Assembly (NCBI GenBank): GCA_963662715.1
Contig: OY759724.1
Coordinates: 1,350,001 to 1,382,000, forward strand
Reading direction: 5' to 3'
Length of the DNA stretch: 32,000 bases
Source of the DNA: Candidatus Omnitrophota bacterium
Lineage (GTDB): Bacteria > Omnitrophota > Gorgyraeia > Zapsychrales > JANLHA01
Shown here piece after piece: positions 17,525 to 27,217 of the stretch. The position numbers and the translations under genes are program-made. The first letter of the stretch is position 1. Each line of letters opens with the position of its first letter. The notes beneath the pieces were generated by a model. That model saw only the letters and a list, made by a program, of their open reading frames with translations. It was not told where the DNA came from and made no database searches.

Positions 17525-17915
17525 GATATCCTCCTGTCGTAAAGATCTGGAATTGATTTTTCCTGCTTCTCTTTTGCTGTCTTTAGGGGGAAGATGTTCA
17601 GCAGGAATCTTATTTAAACCGGAAAAACAATGTTGCGGAAATACGCATCATTTGCCAACACACATGTTTAATTTATCATCCTGCGGGGGTTTTGGCGATT
17701 ATAAAAATGAATTAAAATTGTATTCTTTTTGCCGTGTCTTTATCGATTTTTTTCGCTATTCAGTATGCCTCAGCGGTATTGGGGGCAAGGTGTGCCGGGG
17801 TGTTTTTTCGGGAAAGGATTGGAGATAAAATTAAGTTTTGCACTTAAAATTATGGTAAAGTATGAAAGATATATAAGTTGATTTCATAAAAACAGACGGA
17901 ATTGAAGGAAGATAA

Positions 17916-19472
17916 ATGCAGGAAGTTATAAAGAGGACAGGTGCAAAACCACTATGGCTTATCCTTCTGTTTTTTTGCAGCCTGCTTTTACGTTATTCCT
18001 TGGTGAGCAAAGGCCCGTATCATTCTGATACGATTGCATTTGCATATACTATAGATAATGCTGCGGTGAAGAATGCTTTTCCCCGTTTGCACGGTCACGG
18101 CTATCCTTTCACGGCTGTTTTGGGTGTGGCTTCTTACAAAATAGCGTCTCTTTTTAATGTTTCAGATCCTGTTCGTGCCGTTAATCTTTTAAGCGTACTG
18201 TTGAGCGCCTTATGTGTTTTTTCTTTTTATTCTATCGCAGCCGGTTTTTTATCAGAGACAGCCGCTTTTATGGCCACAGCTTTTTTTATTCTTAATCCCG
18301 TTATTTTGTCAATTTCCGAATACGGGAACAGCCATGCCCCGGCATTGCTGCTGGCCCTTGTTTCGCTTAATTTTTTGATGTTATATAAGAAAACGGTTTC
18401 TATCCCTTATCTTCTTTTAAGCGGTTTTTTCTTCGGGCTTCTTGGGGCGGCACGGATTCAGGATGCTTTTGTTTTAACAGCTCCCTTTTGTTTCTGTTAT
18501 TTCACTGTTGAAACATGTTTGCCTCAAGAAAAGATTTCGCCGCCCGCTCCAAAAAAGAAATTATTCTTGTTTTTTTGTGCCTGTGTCCTGGCGGGCTTAA
18601 CCATAACGGCGTTTTATCTCCCGCTTTGGATGGGAAGGGGACCGGGATATTATAATTTGCGTTTGCTTGCTTTTAATGTCTTTGAGCCTTTTTCCGATAT
18701 CGCGACTTTGTATCATATAAAGCTAAGTTCCTTTTATTTGAGCGAAAATTTTTCCTTGGCCGGTCTTGTCTTGAGCCTGTTTGGTGTTATTTATCTTTAT
18801 CGGCAACAGAAGCGGTCAGCGCAATTTCTGTTGCTGTGGTTCCTTGTTCCTTTTCTTTTCTACGGCAATCACTTCATGGTCACTCCTCGCTGGCTGACTC
18901 CCGCTGTTGTTCCCCTGATCATATTCGAAGCGGCTGCGATAGATGCTCTCTTTCAGGTGAAGCGTTTGTATATTAAAGCGCTAACCGTCATTTTTTTGTG
19001 TTTTTTGCTGACGTACTCTTTAGCTAGAATTTTTCCGGTTTTGTTGTTCCGTCACCGGAACGCCGTGACCGTCGATTATGCGCGGTGGATCGAATCCGTG
19101 ACCGAAGAGGATGCCCTTATTATTGCCGGCGATGACGGTGTTTTTATCAGGTATTATACCGAGAGAGATGTTTTGCGTCAGATTGTTACGGATACATCTT
19201 ATTTTCGGGCGGCAGACACGCTGCTGCAGGAGTTAAAAGATTATAAGAAAAGGCTCGAAGACATGCTCATTCTAGGACGGCCTGTTTATGTTACAGAGAT
19301 TGGCCTGAAAAGCAATAATCAGGGGCTTTTCCATGCTTTCTTAACGAAGTTTTTCCGCTTGAAGTATGTCGGAGAGTCTTCTTTTGAGGTCTGGCATCGG
19401 GCGTGTCTTTGGCAGCGGCTTTTAAGGGTGAAATTGTTCAAGATTGAACTCCGGCCATCTGATGCGCCGTGA
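17916..19472 (+). CDS. Polytopic GT-C-fold (ArnT/PMT, GT39-like) membrane protein, paralog 1
   Basis: 518 aa with about 11-13 hydrophobic helices. The first loop reads RYSLVSKGPYHSDT. Blocks shared with the 29381..30904 product are GYPxT, SDPVxAVNL, YGxSHxPxL, GAARxQD and LFYGNH. It has a soluble C-terminal domain. The GT-C call comes from architecture and pattern memory, not from a search. Confidence 0.65.
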   Translation: MQEVIKRTGAKPLWLILLFFCSLLLRYSLVSKGPYHSDTIAFAYTIDNAAVKNAFPRLHGHGYPFTAVLGVASYKIASLFNVSDPVRAVNLLSVLLSALCVFSFYSIAAGFLSETAAFMATAFFILNPVILSISEYGNSHAPALLLALVSLNFLMLYKKTVSIPYLLLSGFFFGLLGAARIQDAFVLTAPFCFCYFTVETCLPQEKISPPAPKKKLFLFFCACVLAGLTITAFYLPLWMGRGPGYYNLRLLAFNVFEPFSDIATLYHIKLSSFYLSENFSLAGLVLSLFGVIYLYRQQKRSAQFLLLWFLVPFLFYGNHFMVTPRWLTPAVVPLIIFEAAAIDALFQVKRLYIKALTVIFLCFLLTYSLARIFPVLLFRHRNAVTVDYARWIESVTEEDALIIAGDDGVFIRYYTERDVLRQIVTDTSYFRAADTLLQELKDYKKRLEDMLILGRPVYVTEIGLKSNNQGLFHAFLTKFFRLKYVGESSFEVWHRACLWQRLLRVKLFKIELRPSDAP

Positions 19473-19522
19473 AGGATTTCACACAGGGTAAAGGTTTTGT
19501 CTCTTAATGCGGAGAAACACAT

Positions 19523-19951
19523 ATGAAACAATTAAAAATATACAGCCTTGATAAAGGATGGTGTGACAAGGATATCCTTCTTTTGCACGCCGCTTTTCAA
19601 ATCCTCGTTGATTATATGGAAAAAGAGAAGCCGGAGAAACTGGTGGACTGGAAGGCGACCCCGGAACATCAGCGCGCCTGGTCGGAAATGTCGTCCCTTT
19701 ATCGATGGTGGACAGAAAAAAGGCCGGCGAGACGCAGTCCTTTGGAGGACAAAAACCTTAAGAAACCGCCGGTTCGGTGGAGGGACGTCCCGGGAACAAA
19801 CTGCCGGGAGCTGCTCGCTTGGGATAAAGAACAATATTCAAAATATGAAAGCGCTGTTAAGATTCATGCCCGTTTGGAAAAAAAATGGCGGGAGGAGGAC
19901 CAGACGAATTTACAGCGCTTGATAGCCGTCAGGTGTTTTCTCTGGACGTGA
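19523..19951 (+). CDS. Hypothetical basic protein, 142 aa
   Basis: GGAGAAA SD upstream. It lies 50 nt downstream of GT-C paralog 1 on the same strand. It is Trp/Arg/Lys-rich (KGWCDKDILLLHAAFQILVDYMEKE ... CFLWT). I recognise no family. Confidence 0.55.
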   Translation: MKQLKIYSLDKGWCDKDILLLHAAFQILVDYMEKEKPEKLVDWKATPEHQRAWSEMSSLYRWWTEKRPARRSPLEDKNLKKPPVRWRDVPGTNCRELLAWDKEQYSKYESAVKIHARLEKKWREEDQTNLQRLIAVRCFLWT

Positions 19952-20070
19952 AGGGCCGCTGCTTGTATCCGCTTTTCAGGCTGGGTTATCCTGTTAAAGG
20001 AACCATCCTGTTGGCGGAATTCTCCCGGGAATCCGGGTGTGTTTTGAATTTAGGACCTCTTCACCGGTAT

Positions 20071-20110
20071 TGCGCCAGGCCGGGAAAAGAGATGGTTTTC
20101 CCGGCGCGCA
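20071..20110. other. Long interrupted hairpin in a GC-rich intergenic region
   Basis: TGCGC (20071-75) pairs with GCGCA (20106-10). GCCGGGAAAA (20079-88) pairs perfectly with TTTTCCCGGC (20096-105). There is a 3-nt bulge and a 7-nt loop. Confidence 0.5.
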
Positions 20111-20249
20111 TGATTTGTTGCCCCCGAGGGCCGTGTCGTTAAAAATGAATACCCAGCCCGGGGGATGTGTGGTAAAATTTCCCTTAATATGCAGGGGGGA
20201 TTCCGTTTTTTCCGCAGGAGAATTGTTTTGATACGATGAAAGGTGAACG

Positions 20250-21353
20250 ATGAACAAGAAAAAAATGAAAAGCATTTTTGTCTCTTCTATTTACCAGAAT
20301 GCCGGGAAGACGACATTGTCTCTGGGGCTTTACCGCACTTTTCGGGAAAGAAGATTGAAAACGGTTTTTATGAAACCTGTCGGACAGCAGACGGTTGATG
20401 TTCACGGCCAGGATGTTGATAAAGACAGTTATCTCATAGGAGAGGTTTATCGCTGTCAGGAAAAAATTAAATGGATGAGCCCGGTCACTGTTGGCCGGGG
20501 ATTTACCGAGCGCTATATTTTTAACCCTCAGCCGGAAGCTTTGAAACAGCGTATCGAGCAGTGCTTCCAGTCTTTGACCCGGGGCAAGGATGCCATTATC
20601 ATTGAAGGGACGGGGCACGCCGGTGTAGGTGCTGTCATTGATCTGTCTAATGCCGACGTGGCCAGCATGCTGCAGTCCAAGGTGATTATTATTTCTGAAG
20701 GAGGCATCGGCCGCAGCGTTGATGAAATTATGCTGAATAAAGCCTTGTTTGACATGAAAAAAGTGCCGGTTCTCGGCGTTGTTGTTAATAAAGTCTTACC
20801 CGAAAAATATGAGCGTATACAAAAGGCCCTTTCTGAAGGGCTTAAAAGAAAAGGCCTCTCCCTGCTGGGCGTCATCCCGCAGGACCCGATTCTCAGCTCT
20901 CCGACGGTCGGACAACTTATGAAAGATCTGAATCTTCAGTTATTGTGTGGTCAAGCCAGCCTGAACCGAAAAGTGAAGAACACCATTATCGCCGCTATGG
21001 AGCCCTATAATATGATTAATTATATCACGGACGGAACGTTGGTTTTAACTTCCGGGGACCGGGTCGACAATATTATGGCGGCCGTCAGTTCCCACCTCGT
21101 GGCGCAGGGCAAAAAAACCCAGGTGGCGGCCATTATGCTGACGGGAGGGTTGACGCCCAACGTGAAAATCATTGATTTGCTTGAGAAAAGCCGGATCCCG
21201 ATTCTTATTACGGATGATGATACGTATACGGTGGCCGGAAAGATAGAAAATCTGATTTGTAAAATACAAAAAACGGATAAAGATAAAATTGCTGAAGCGC
21301 GGCATCTTGTGAAAAAGCATGTGGATGTTGATTTTATTTTAAATCATTTATGA
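20250..21353 (+). CDS. Pta N-terminal-like protein (CobQ/MinD-type P-loop domain + DRTGG domain), no phosphotransacetylase catalytic domain
   Basis: 367 aa. It has a degenerate P-loop SSIYQNAGKTT, EGTGHAGVG and VVNKV. The DRTGG-domain block is LVLTSGDRVDNIMAA..AAIMLTGGL..PILITDDDTY. Confidence 0.8.
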   Translation: MNKKKMKSIFVSSIYQNAGKTTLSLGLYRTFRERRLKTVFMKPVGQQTVDVHGQDVDKDSYLIGEVYRCQEKIKWMSPVTVGRGFTERYIFNPQPEALKQRIEQCFQSLTRGKDAIIIEGTGHAGVGAVIDLSNADVASMLQSKVIIISEGGIGRSVDEIMLNKALFDMKKVPVLGVVVNKVLPEKYERIQKALSEGLKRKGLSLLGVIPQDPILSSPTVGQLMKDLNLQLLCGQASLNRKVKNTIIAAMEPYNMINYITDGTLVLTSGDRVDNIMAAVSSHLVAQGKKTQVAAIMLTGGLTPNVKIIDLLEKSRIPILITDDDTYTVAGKIENLICKIQKTDKDKIAEARHLVKKHVDVDFILNHL

Positions 21354-21367
21354 CCGGGCTTATTTGA

Positions 21368-22522
21368 ATGAACCAACAACCCGTTTACATTCTTGATGGT
21401 TTGCGCAGTCCTGTCGGAAAAATATACAAGGGCTTTAAAAATATTTCTTCAGTTGATTTGACCTCTCCTGTGATTCAGTCCGGACTAAAACGTCTTCAAT
21501 TATCCCCCGAACATATTCAAGAGGTTATTGTCGGGAATGCTGTATCTGCCGGAATGGGGCAGAATATCCCGCGGGCGATTGCCTTGGCCGCCGGTCTGCC
21601 TGCGGAGGTTCCGGCTTACTCTGTGGGCAATGTCTGCGCTTCGGGATTACAGTCCCTGATGATCGCCTTTCAGTCTATTATGAGCGGCCATTGCCGGGCA
21701 AGCATCGCGGCTGCGGTTGAAATAGCCTCTAACAATCCGGAACTTGTTACGCTTGAAGGAAAAAAGTCCTCCAGCCTGGAAAAAGACGGCTTGCTGTGTT
21801 CCATAACGGGACGGGCTATGGGAGATTTATGCGAAGATTCGGCCCGGCGGTATAAGATCCCGAGACCCGAGCAGGACCAGTTTTCTTTCGAAAGTCATCA
21901 AAAAGCTGTTCAAGCGCATGATCAGGGGGCTTTTTCCAGCCAGATCGTTCCGATAAAAACTGCTGCGGGGGCCGCAATTTCCAGGGATGAATCCCCCCGC
22001 AGGAGGGTCAGCAGGGAGGGGTTTACCCTTTTGCCGCCGGTCTTTCAGGAAGAAGGGACAATAACCGCGGGTAATGCTTCGGCCCCGGCAGACGGATCCT
22101 GCGTTGTCTTTGTCGCTTCAGGACCCTTTACTGAAGAACATCGCTGTGTTCCTTTAGCGAAAATATTGGGATATGCCAGTTCTTATGTGAAGCCGGAAAA
22201 TGTTTTTCTCTCCGCCGGCAAGGCCATTACGGACTGTTGCCGGCAGTCCCGCCTGCGTCTGGAGGATATTGATCTTTTTGAAATTTGTGAGGCTTTTGCG
22301 GCCCAGGTTCTCATTACGCGTGACCAGCTGAAGATTCCTCCGGAGAAATTGAATATTCACGGCGGGGATATCGCCTTGGGCCACCCGTTGGGCGCTGCGG
22401 GTTTGCGGTGTTTGGTAACGTTAGTGCACGCTTTGAAAAATGAAAAGAAACGAAGGGGTGTTGTCTGTGTCTGTTTCGGCGGCGGCGGAGCGATTGCTAT
22501 GGCCGTGGAAATCGTAAATTAA
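21368..22522 (+). CDS. Thiolase-family acyl-CoA acetyl/acyltransferase
   Basis: 384 aa. The nucleophile Cys is in NVCASGLQS (Cys90). Other blocks are GNASAPADGS, GHPLGAAG (His339) and CFGGGG (Cys369). The usual NEAF block reads CEAF. Confidence 0.9.
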   Translation: MNQQPVYILDGLRSPVGKIYKGFKNISSVDLTSPVIQSGLKRLQLSPEHIQEVIVGNAVSAGMGQNIPRAIALAAGLPAEVPAYSVGNVCASGLQSLMIAFQSIMSGHCRASIAAAVEIASNNPELVTLEGKKSSSLEKDGLLCSITGRAMGDLCEDSARRYKIPRPEQDQFSFESHQKAVQAHDQGAFSSQIVPIKTAAGAAISRDESPRRRVSREGFTLLPPVFQEEGTITAGNASAPADGSCVVFVASGPFTEEHRCVPLAKILGYASSYVKPENVFLSAGKAITDCCRQSRLRLEDIDLFEICEAFAAQVLITRDQLKIPPEKLNIHGGDIALGHPLGAAGLRCLVTLVHALKNEKKRRGVVCVCFGGGGAIAMAVEIVN

Positions 22523-22624
22523 AGCGGGAAAAAATATTTACAGGAATATAGAAATGTTTATCCTGAGTCGATAGAATAAAATGAAAAGGGTTTTATATTC
22601 ATTATGATTGTTCATTGATTGTTT

Positions 22625-23983
22625 ATGAAAATAATAAAAATTCAAAAAGGCCGTGACATCCCTTTAAAGGGAGCTGCTGAAGAAAAAATCGTATCCCTTC
22701 CCCTTCCTCAAACTGTCGCTGTCCAGCCCCCGGATTTTCATGGTCTCAGATTACGGCCGGTTGTCAGGATAAAAGATAAAGTCCTGGTCGGGTCGCCTCT
22801 CTTAGAGGATAAGACAGACAGCCGGATCAAGGTTGTTTCCCCGGTCAGCGGTATCGTTTCTGAAATTTATAGAGGGGAAAAAAGGGCTCTGCTGCGGGTT
22901 GCCGTTCAATGTGATGGTCAGCAAAAAGCCCTTCGTTTTTCGCGCTACTCATTGAAGGACATCTCGGCCCTGTCTTCAAAAAATATTATCGGACAACTTT
23001 TAGCCGGAGGATTGTGGCCGTTTTTGAGGCAGCGGCCTTTTGCCAGAACCGCCCGTCCGGAGGATTGTGTGAAGGCTGTTTTTGTCCAGGCTCATATAAC
23101 AGAGCCGCTGGCTCCTAACCTGGACTTTCTCCTGCAGGGAAAGGAAGAGGCTTTTCAGCTTGGTTTGGATATTTTAAAGAAATTAACATCCGGAAAAGTT
23201 TTTGTCTGCTGTTCTCCTCAGGCGCGCAGCCAGGCTTTAACAGAAGCAAAAGGCGTTGAGGTTTTTGGTTTTAGCGGCCCGCATCCCGCCGGAAACGTGA
23301 GCACGCACATTCATTGTCTTGATCCGGTTCGAAAAGGGGATGTCGTCTGGTACCTGGGGGCCGAGGATGTGTTAAGAATAGCCGACATGTTTTCTCAGGG
23401 GCAGTTTAACCCGCAGAGAACCGTTGCGGTGACCGGAGAGGGGGCGTCAACAAGATTATATTATCAGACGGTGTTGGGGGTTCCCCTAAGGCATCTGCTG
23501 ATGGACCCTTTTTTAGATGAACAGAGATTCCTTTCCGGAAGCGTGCTGAGAGGAACCGATGTCGGTCCGGACGGGTATGTGTGTTTTTATGATCAGCAGA
23601 TTACCCTCCTTCCCCGGGGCGGGAAGCGGGAATTTATGGGCTGGCTGCATCCCGGATGGAATAAATACAGTTTTTCGCGAACGTTTCTCTCCTCCCTGCA
23701 GAAAAGACATCCGGAAAGACATGTGTCCCTGGATACGGATTATCACGGCGGACACCGGGCGATCGTTCTGAATCATATTTATGACGATTATGTGCCTTTG
23801 GATATTCTGCCGTATTTTCTGGTCCGCGCGATTTTATCCGGGGACCTGGAAGAGGCCGAACGTTTGGGGCTCCTGGAATGCGTTGAGGAAGATTTTGCCT
23901 TGTGTTCTTTTGCCTGTCCGTCCAAATTTGATGTCGGAGGCGTTATTCGCCGGGGCTTGAGGATGCTTGAAGAAGAAGGGTGA
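22625..23983 (+). CDS. nqrA: Na+-translocating NADH:quinone oxidoreductase subunit A
   Basis: The N-terminus MKIIKIQKGRDIPLKGAAE is typical of NqrA. It is first in a six-gene cluster in canonical order. ATG 22625 is preferred over TTG 22619. Confidence 0.92.
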   Translation: MKIIKIQKGRDIPLKGAAEEKIVSLPLPQTVAVQPPDFHGLRLRPVVRIKDKVLVGSPLLEDKTDSRIKVVSPVSGIVSEIYRGEKRALLRVAVQCDGQQKALRFSRYSLKDISALSSKNIIGQLLAGGLWPFLRQRPFARTARPEDCVKAVFVQAHITEPLAPNLDFLLQGKEEAFQLGLDILKKLTSGKVFVCCSPQARSQALTEAKGVEVFGFSGPHPAGNVSTHIHCLDPVRKGDVVWYLGAEDVLRIADMFSQGQFNPQRTVAVTGEGASTRLYYQTVLGVPLRHLLMDPFLDEQRFLSGSVLRGTDVGPDGYVCFYDQQITLLPRGGKREFMGWLHPGWNKYSFSRTFLSSLQKRHPERHVSLDTDYHGGHRAIVLNHIYDDYVPLDILPYFLVRAILSGDLEEAERLGLLECVEEDFALCSFACPSKFDVGGVIRRGLRMLEEEG

Positions 23984-24014
23984 CCGTTTTGTTGTTAAAG
24001 GAGTATCTTGAATT

Positions 24015-25196
24015 ATGAGATTTCTGGAAAAGAAACTTGCCCGATTCGGGGAACTTTTTGCCCCGGGGAAACCTCTGGAAAAATTTTATCCGGTTTATGA
24101 GGCCTTGGACAGCTTTTGTCTGACTCCCGGGACAAAGACGGTTCAAGCGCCTTTTGTCCGGGATGCCGTTGATTTGAAGCGCACCATGATGTTTGTTATT
24201 CTCGGGCTTCTTCCGTGCCTGGGGATGGGGGTTTACAATACGGGGTGCCAGATCCTTTTGGCCAAAGGAGAGGCCGTCACGTTTGCGTCCTGCATCAGTT
24301 TGGGGTTGATGAAAGTTTTGCCGATCATGTTCGTGGCCTATGCGGCCGGAGGATTCTGGGAAGTCCTTTTTGCGGTTGTGCGCAAGCATGAAATCAACGA
24401 AGGCTTTCTTGTGACCGGAATGCTTTATACGCTGATTATGCCTCCGACGGTTCCCCTTTGGCAGGTGGCGCTGGGGATTTCTTTCGGGGTTGTCATCGGG
24501 AAAGAAATTTTCGGAGGGACGGGATATAATATTTTTAATCCTGCTTTGGTGTCGCGGGCTTTTCTCTTTTTTTCTTATCCGGCGCAGTTTTCTGGAGACC
24601 AGGTTTGGGTTGCCCTTGACGGACACACCCGCGCCACCCCTCTGGCGGTGCTGTCTAATGCCGGGACCGGCAGCCGGGCCGTGATGGCTTTGCAGGAAAG
24701 CGGCTACCCTTTTTCTGATTTGTTTTGGGGGTTTATCCCCGGGTCCATCGGGGAAACCTCAACGTTTGCCTGTTTGTTGGGATTAATGTTTTTGCTGATA
24801 ACCGGAGTGGCCAGCTGGCGTATTATGGCCGGGTGCGGAACCGGTTTGCTTGTGACGGCGGGGATTTTTTTCCTTCTTCAGGGGCCGGACCGTTTGACCT
24901 TTTTTTCACTCCCTCCTCATTGGCATCTGGTTCTGGGCGGTTTTGCTTTCGGGGCGGTTTTCATGGCCACGGATCCCGTTTCCTCCTGTGCGACAAATAC
25001 CGGGCGCTGGATTTTCGGGTTTGTTATCGGCATTCTGATCGTCCTGATTCGTGTTGTCAATCCGGCTTATCCGGAAGGAGTGATGTTAGCCATTGTTTTT
25101 ATGAATGCTTTTGCCCCGTTGATTGATCATTTGGTCGTTGAGCGTCATATAAAAAAGCGCACGGAACTTATGGCCTTAAGGAGCGGGGGGGTATGA
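24015..25196 (+). CDS. nqrB: Na+-NQR subunit B
   Basis: 393 aa and polytopic. Blocks are GGTGYNIFNPALVSRAFLFFSYPAQ and MATDPVS. A flavinylation-type segment reads LDGHTRATPL. SD AAAGGAG lies upstream. Confidence 0.95.
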   Translation: MRFLEKKLARFGELFAPGKPLEKFYPVYEALDSFCLTPGTKTVQAPFVRDAVDLKRTMMFVILGLLPCLGMGVYNTGCQILLAKGEAVTFASCISLGLMKVLPIMFVAYAAGGFWEVLFAVVRKHEINEGFLVTGMLYTLIMPPTVPLWQVALGISFGVVIGKEIFGGTGYNIFNPALVSRAFLFFSYPAQFSGDQVWVALDGHTRATPLAVLSNAGTGSRAVMALQESGYPFSDLFWGFIPGSIGETSTFACLLGLMFLLITGVASWRIMAGCGTGLLVTAGIFFLLQGPDRLTFFSLPPHWHLVLGGFAFGAVFMATDPVSSCATNTGRWIFGFVIGILIVLIRVVNPAYPEGVMLAIVFMNAFAPLIDHLVVERHIKKRTELMALRSGGV

Positions 25197-25912
25197 AAAA
25201 AGACGGCCACCTTTATACTTTTTCTTTTGCCCTTCTTGTGTGCGTTGTCTGCAGTTTGACCCTTTCTGCGGTTTCCGAGGGACTCCGGGAACGTAAAGAG
25301 TTGAACAGGGCGATCGATATCAAAAAGAACATTATTCAAGCCGTGGGATTGCAGCAGCCGTTTTCATCCAGAGCCAAACCAGAAGATATCCTGGCCCTTT
25401 ACCGGGAGAAAATAGAAGAGCTTGTTGTCGATGATCAGGGGCGTGTGGTGCAGGGAAAAAAGCCAGGGGATATTCAGGAGGGAGCGTCTCTTTACCCGCT
25501 TTTTATTTATAAAGAGAAAGGGGCCGTCCTGGCCTACGCTTTCCCGATACAAGGAAAAGGATTATGGTCAACGCTTTACGGATATTTAGCTCTTGAAGCA
25601 GATGCCAAAACCGTCCGGGGCATTACGTTTTATCAGCACGGTGAAACCCCGGGGCTGGGCGGAGAGATTGAGAAAGACTGGTTTCAAAATAATTTTAAAG
25701 GAAAAAGCATTTGGGATGAACAGAAAAAAATTCTGGTTCCCGTCAAACTGGTTAAGGGGAAAGTGTCGGAAAAAATTCCGCCGGAAAAGGCCGCTTTTTA
25801 CGTTGACGGCATCAGCGGGGCGACGATGACGTCTCAGGGCGTGACCGCCCTGCTCGATGAGGAGCTCCGCAGGTATGAACCGTTTTTTAAATCCGTAAGA
25901 AAAGGACGTTAA
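25193..25912 (+). CDS. nqrC: Na+-NQR subunit C
   Basis: 239 aa with an N-terminal TM anchor. ETPGLGG is present. The covalent-FMN motif is [11 protein letters not shown]. The start overlaps the nqrB stop (ATGA). Confidence 0.93.
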   Translation: MKKDGHLYTFSFALLVCVVCSLTLSAVSEGLRERKELNRAIDIKKNIIQAVGLQQPFSSRAKPEDILALYREKIEELVVDDQGRVVQGKKPGDIQEGASLYPLFIYKEKGAVLAYAFPIQGKGLWSTLYGYLALEADAKTVRGITFYQHGETPGLGGEIEKDWFQNNFKGKSIWDEQKKILVPVKLVKGKVSEKIPPEKAAFYVDGISGATMTSQGVTALLDEELRRYEPFFKSVRKGR

Positions 25913-25913
25913 G

Positions 25914-26546
25914 ATGTCTTTGGGATTGAGTAAAAAAGAACGCCGTATAATCCGCGATGCTTTGTGGGACAACAATCCCATTACTTTTCAGGTTTTGGGT
26001 ATCTGCTCGGCCTTGGCTGTCACGGTGCAGGTGAAAACCGCCCTGGTGATGAGCCTTTCTTTAACTTTTGTCCTGGCGATGTCGAACACGATTATTTCCT
26101 TGCTAAGGAATTATATCCCGTCCAGGATCAGGATTATTATCCAGCTGACGGTTATTTCATCTCTGGTTATTATTGCGGACCAGATCCTGAAGGCCTATAT
26201 GTTTGGCGTGAGCAAGCAGCTGAGCGTTTTTGTCGGACTGATTATTACCAACTGCATTGTGATGGGCCGGGCGGAGGCTTATGCCATGCAAAACCCTCCT
26301 TTCCGTTCCTTCGTTGACGGGCTTGGCAATGGTTTGGGGTACAGCGCTATTTTAATCTGTGTGGCAACTGCCCGGGAATTGCTGGGGAGCGGATCTGTCC
26401 TGGGGCTGCAGGTTGTTCCGGAAAGTTTTTATGCCCACGGATATGTTGACTGCGGGCTCATGGTGCTTGCTCCGGGGGCTTTTTTTCTTTTAGGCGCGAT
26501 GATTTGGATTCAGCGCTATTTATCCGGGTATGCGGAGAATCAGTAA
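25914..26546 (+). CDS. nqrD: Na+-NQR subunit D
   Basis: 210 aa with 6 TM. NqrD/RnfE-type blocks are [18 protein letters not shown] and [15 protein letters not shown], which carry the two conserved Cys. Confidence 0.95.
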   Translation: MSLGLSKKERRIIRDALWDNNPITFQVLGICSALAVTVQVKTALVMSLSLTFVLAMSNTIISLLRNYIPSRIRIIIQLTVISSLVIIADQILKAYMFGVSKQLSVFVGLIITNCIVMGRAEAYAMQNPPFRSFVDGLGNGLGYSAILICVATARELLGSGSVLGLQVVPESFYAHGYVDCGLMVLAPGAFFLLGAMIWIQRYLSGYAENQ

Positions 26547-26591
26547 GAAGCTGTGTTATAAATTTTATGGTTAATAAGAAGGACACCGCCC

Positions 26592-27200
26592 ATGATGGAA
26601 CTTGTGAACCTCGGGATTAAAAGCATCTTTATCGAAAACATCCTTTTGGCTTATTTTCTGGGCATGTGTTCGTTTCTCGCCTGCTCCAAAAAAGTCGAAA
26701 CAGCTTTTGGCCTGGGTTTGGCGGTTGTTTTTGTTTTAACCATCACCACGCCGACCAATTGGGCCGTTAACCATTTTTTGCTGAAAAAGGGCGCCCTGAG
26801 CTGGGCTAATCTGCCGGATATTGATTTGAGTTTTTTAAGCTTTATGGCTTTTATCGCGGTTATCGCAACGATGGTCCAGATCGTTGAAATGATCGTTGAC
26901 CGGTTCAGCCCTAGACTATATGCCGCGTTGGGCATATTTTTACCGTTAATCGCCGTCAATTGCGCTATCCTGGGGGCTTCATTATTTATGGCGGAACGGG
27001 ATTATTCCTTTGCCGAATCCGTGATCTTCGGTTTCGGGTCCGGATCCGGCTGGGCCTTGGCGATTGTCTCAATGGCGGCTATCCGAAAAAAACTTGGGTA
27101 TTCTAACATCCCGGCGCCGTTGAAAGGCCTTGGAATCACAATGATGCTGACCGGGCTGATGGCTTTAGGCTTTATGTGTTTTGCCGGGATCCGCCTTTAA
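26592..27200 (+). CDS. nqrE: Na+-NQR subunit E
   Basis: 202 aa. NqrE/RnfA-type blocks are [16 protein letters not shown] and [13 protein letters not shown], which carry the conserved Cys pair. Confidence 0.95.
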   Translation: MMELVNLGIKSIFIENILLAYFLGMCSFLACSKKVETAFGLGLAVVFVLTITTPTNWAVNHFLLKKGALSWANLPDIDLSFLSFMAFIAVIATMVQIVEMIVDRFSPRLYAALGIFLPLIAVNCAILGASLFMAERDYSFAESVIFGFGSGSGWALAIVSMAAIRKKLGYSNIPAPLKGLGITMMLTGLMALGFMCFAGIRL

Positions 27201-27217
27201 AGAGGGCTGTTGATATT

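Noticed and set aside
19548-19922. 124-aa plus-strand ORF in an alternative frame (Arg/Gly/Lys-rich), and a 100-aa minus-strand ORF at 19532..19834.
   Set aside because: Both overlap the 19523..19951 ORF, which has an ATG with a GGAGAAA SD and a more protein-like composition. I see no independent start signals for either.
23326-23334. GGTTCGAAA, a tRNA T-arm-like string.
   Set aside because: It lies inside nqrA coding sequence, and no acceptor, D or anticodon arms can be built around it.
23943-24626. 227-aa minus-strand ORF, Arg/Lys/Pro-rich.
   Set aside because: It lies entirely antisense to nqrB, whose identity is unambiguous. Its low-complexity basic composition is typical of a spurious antisense frame.
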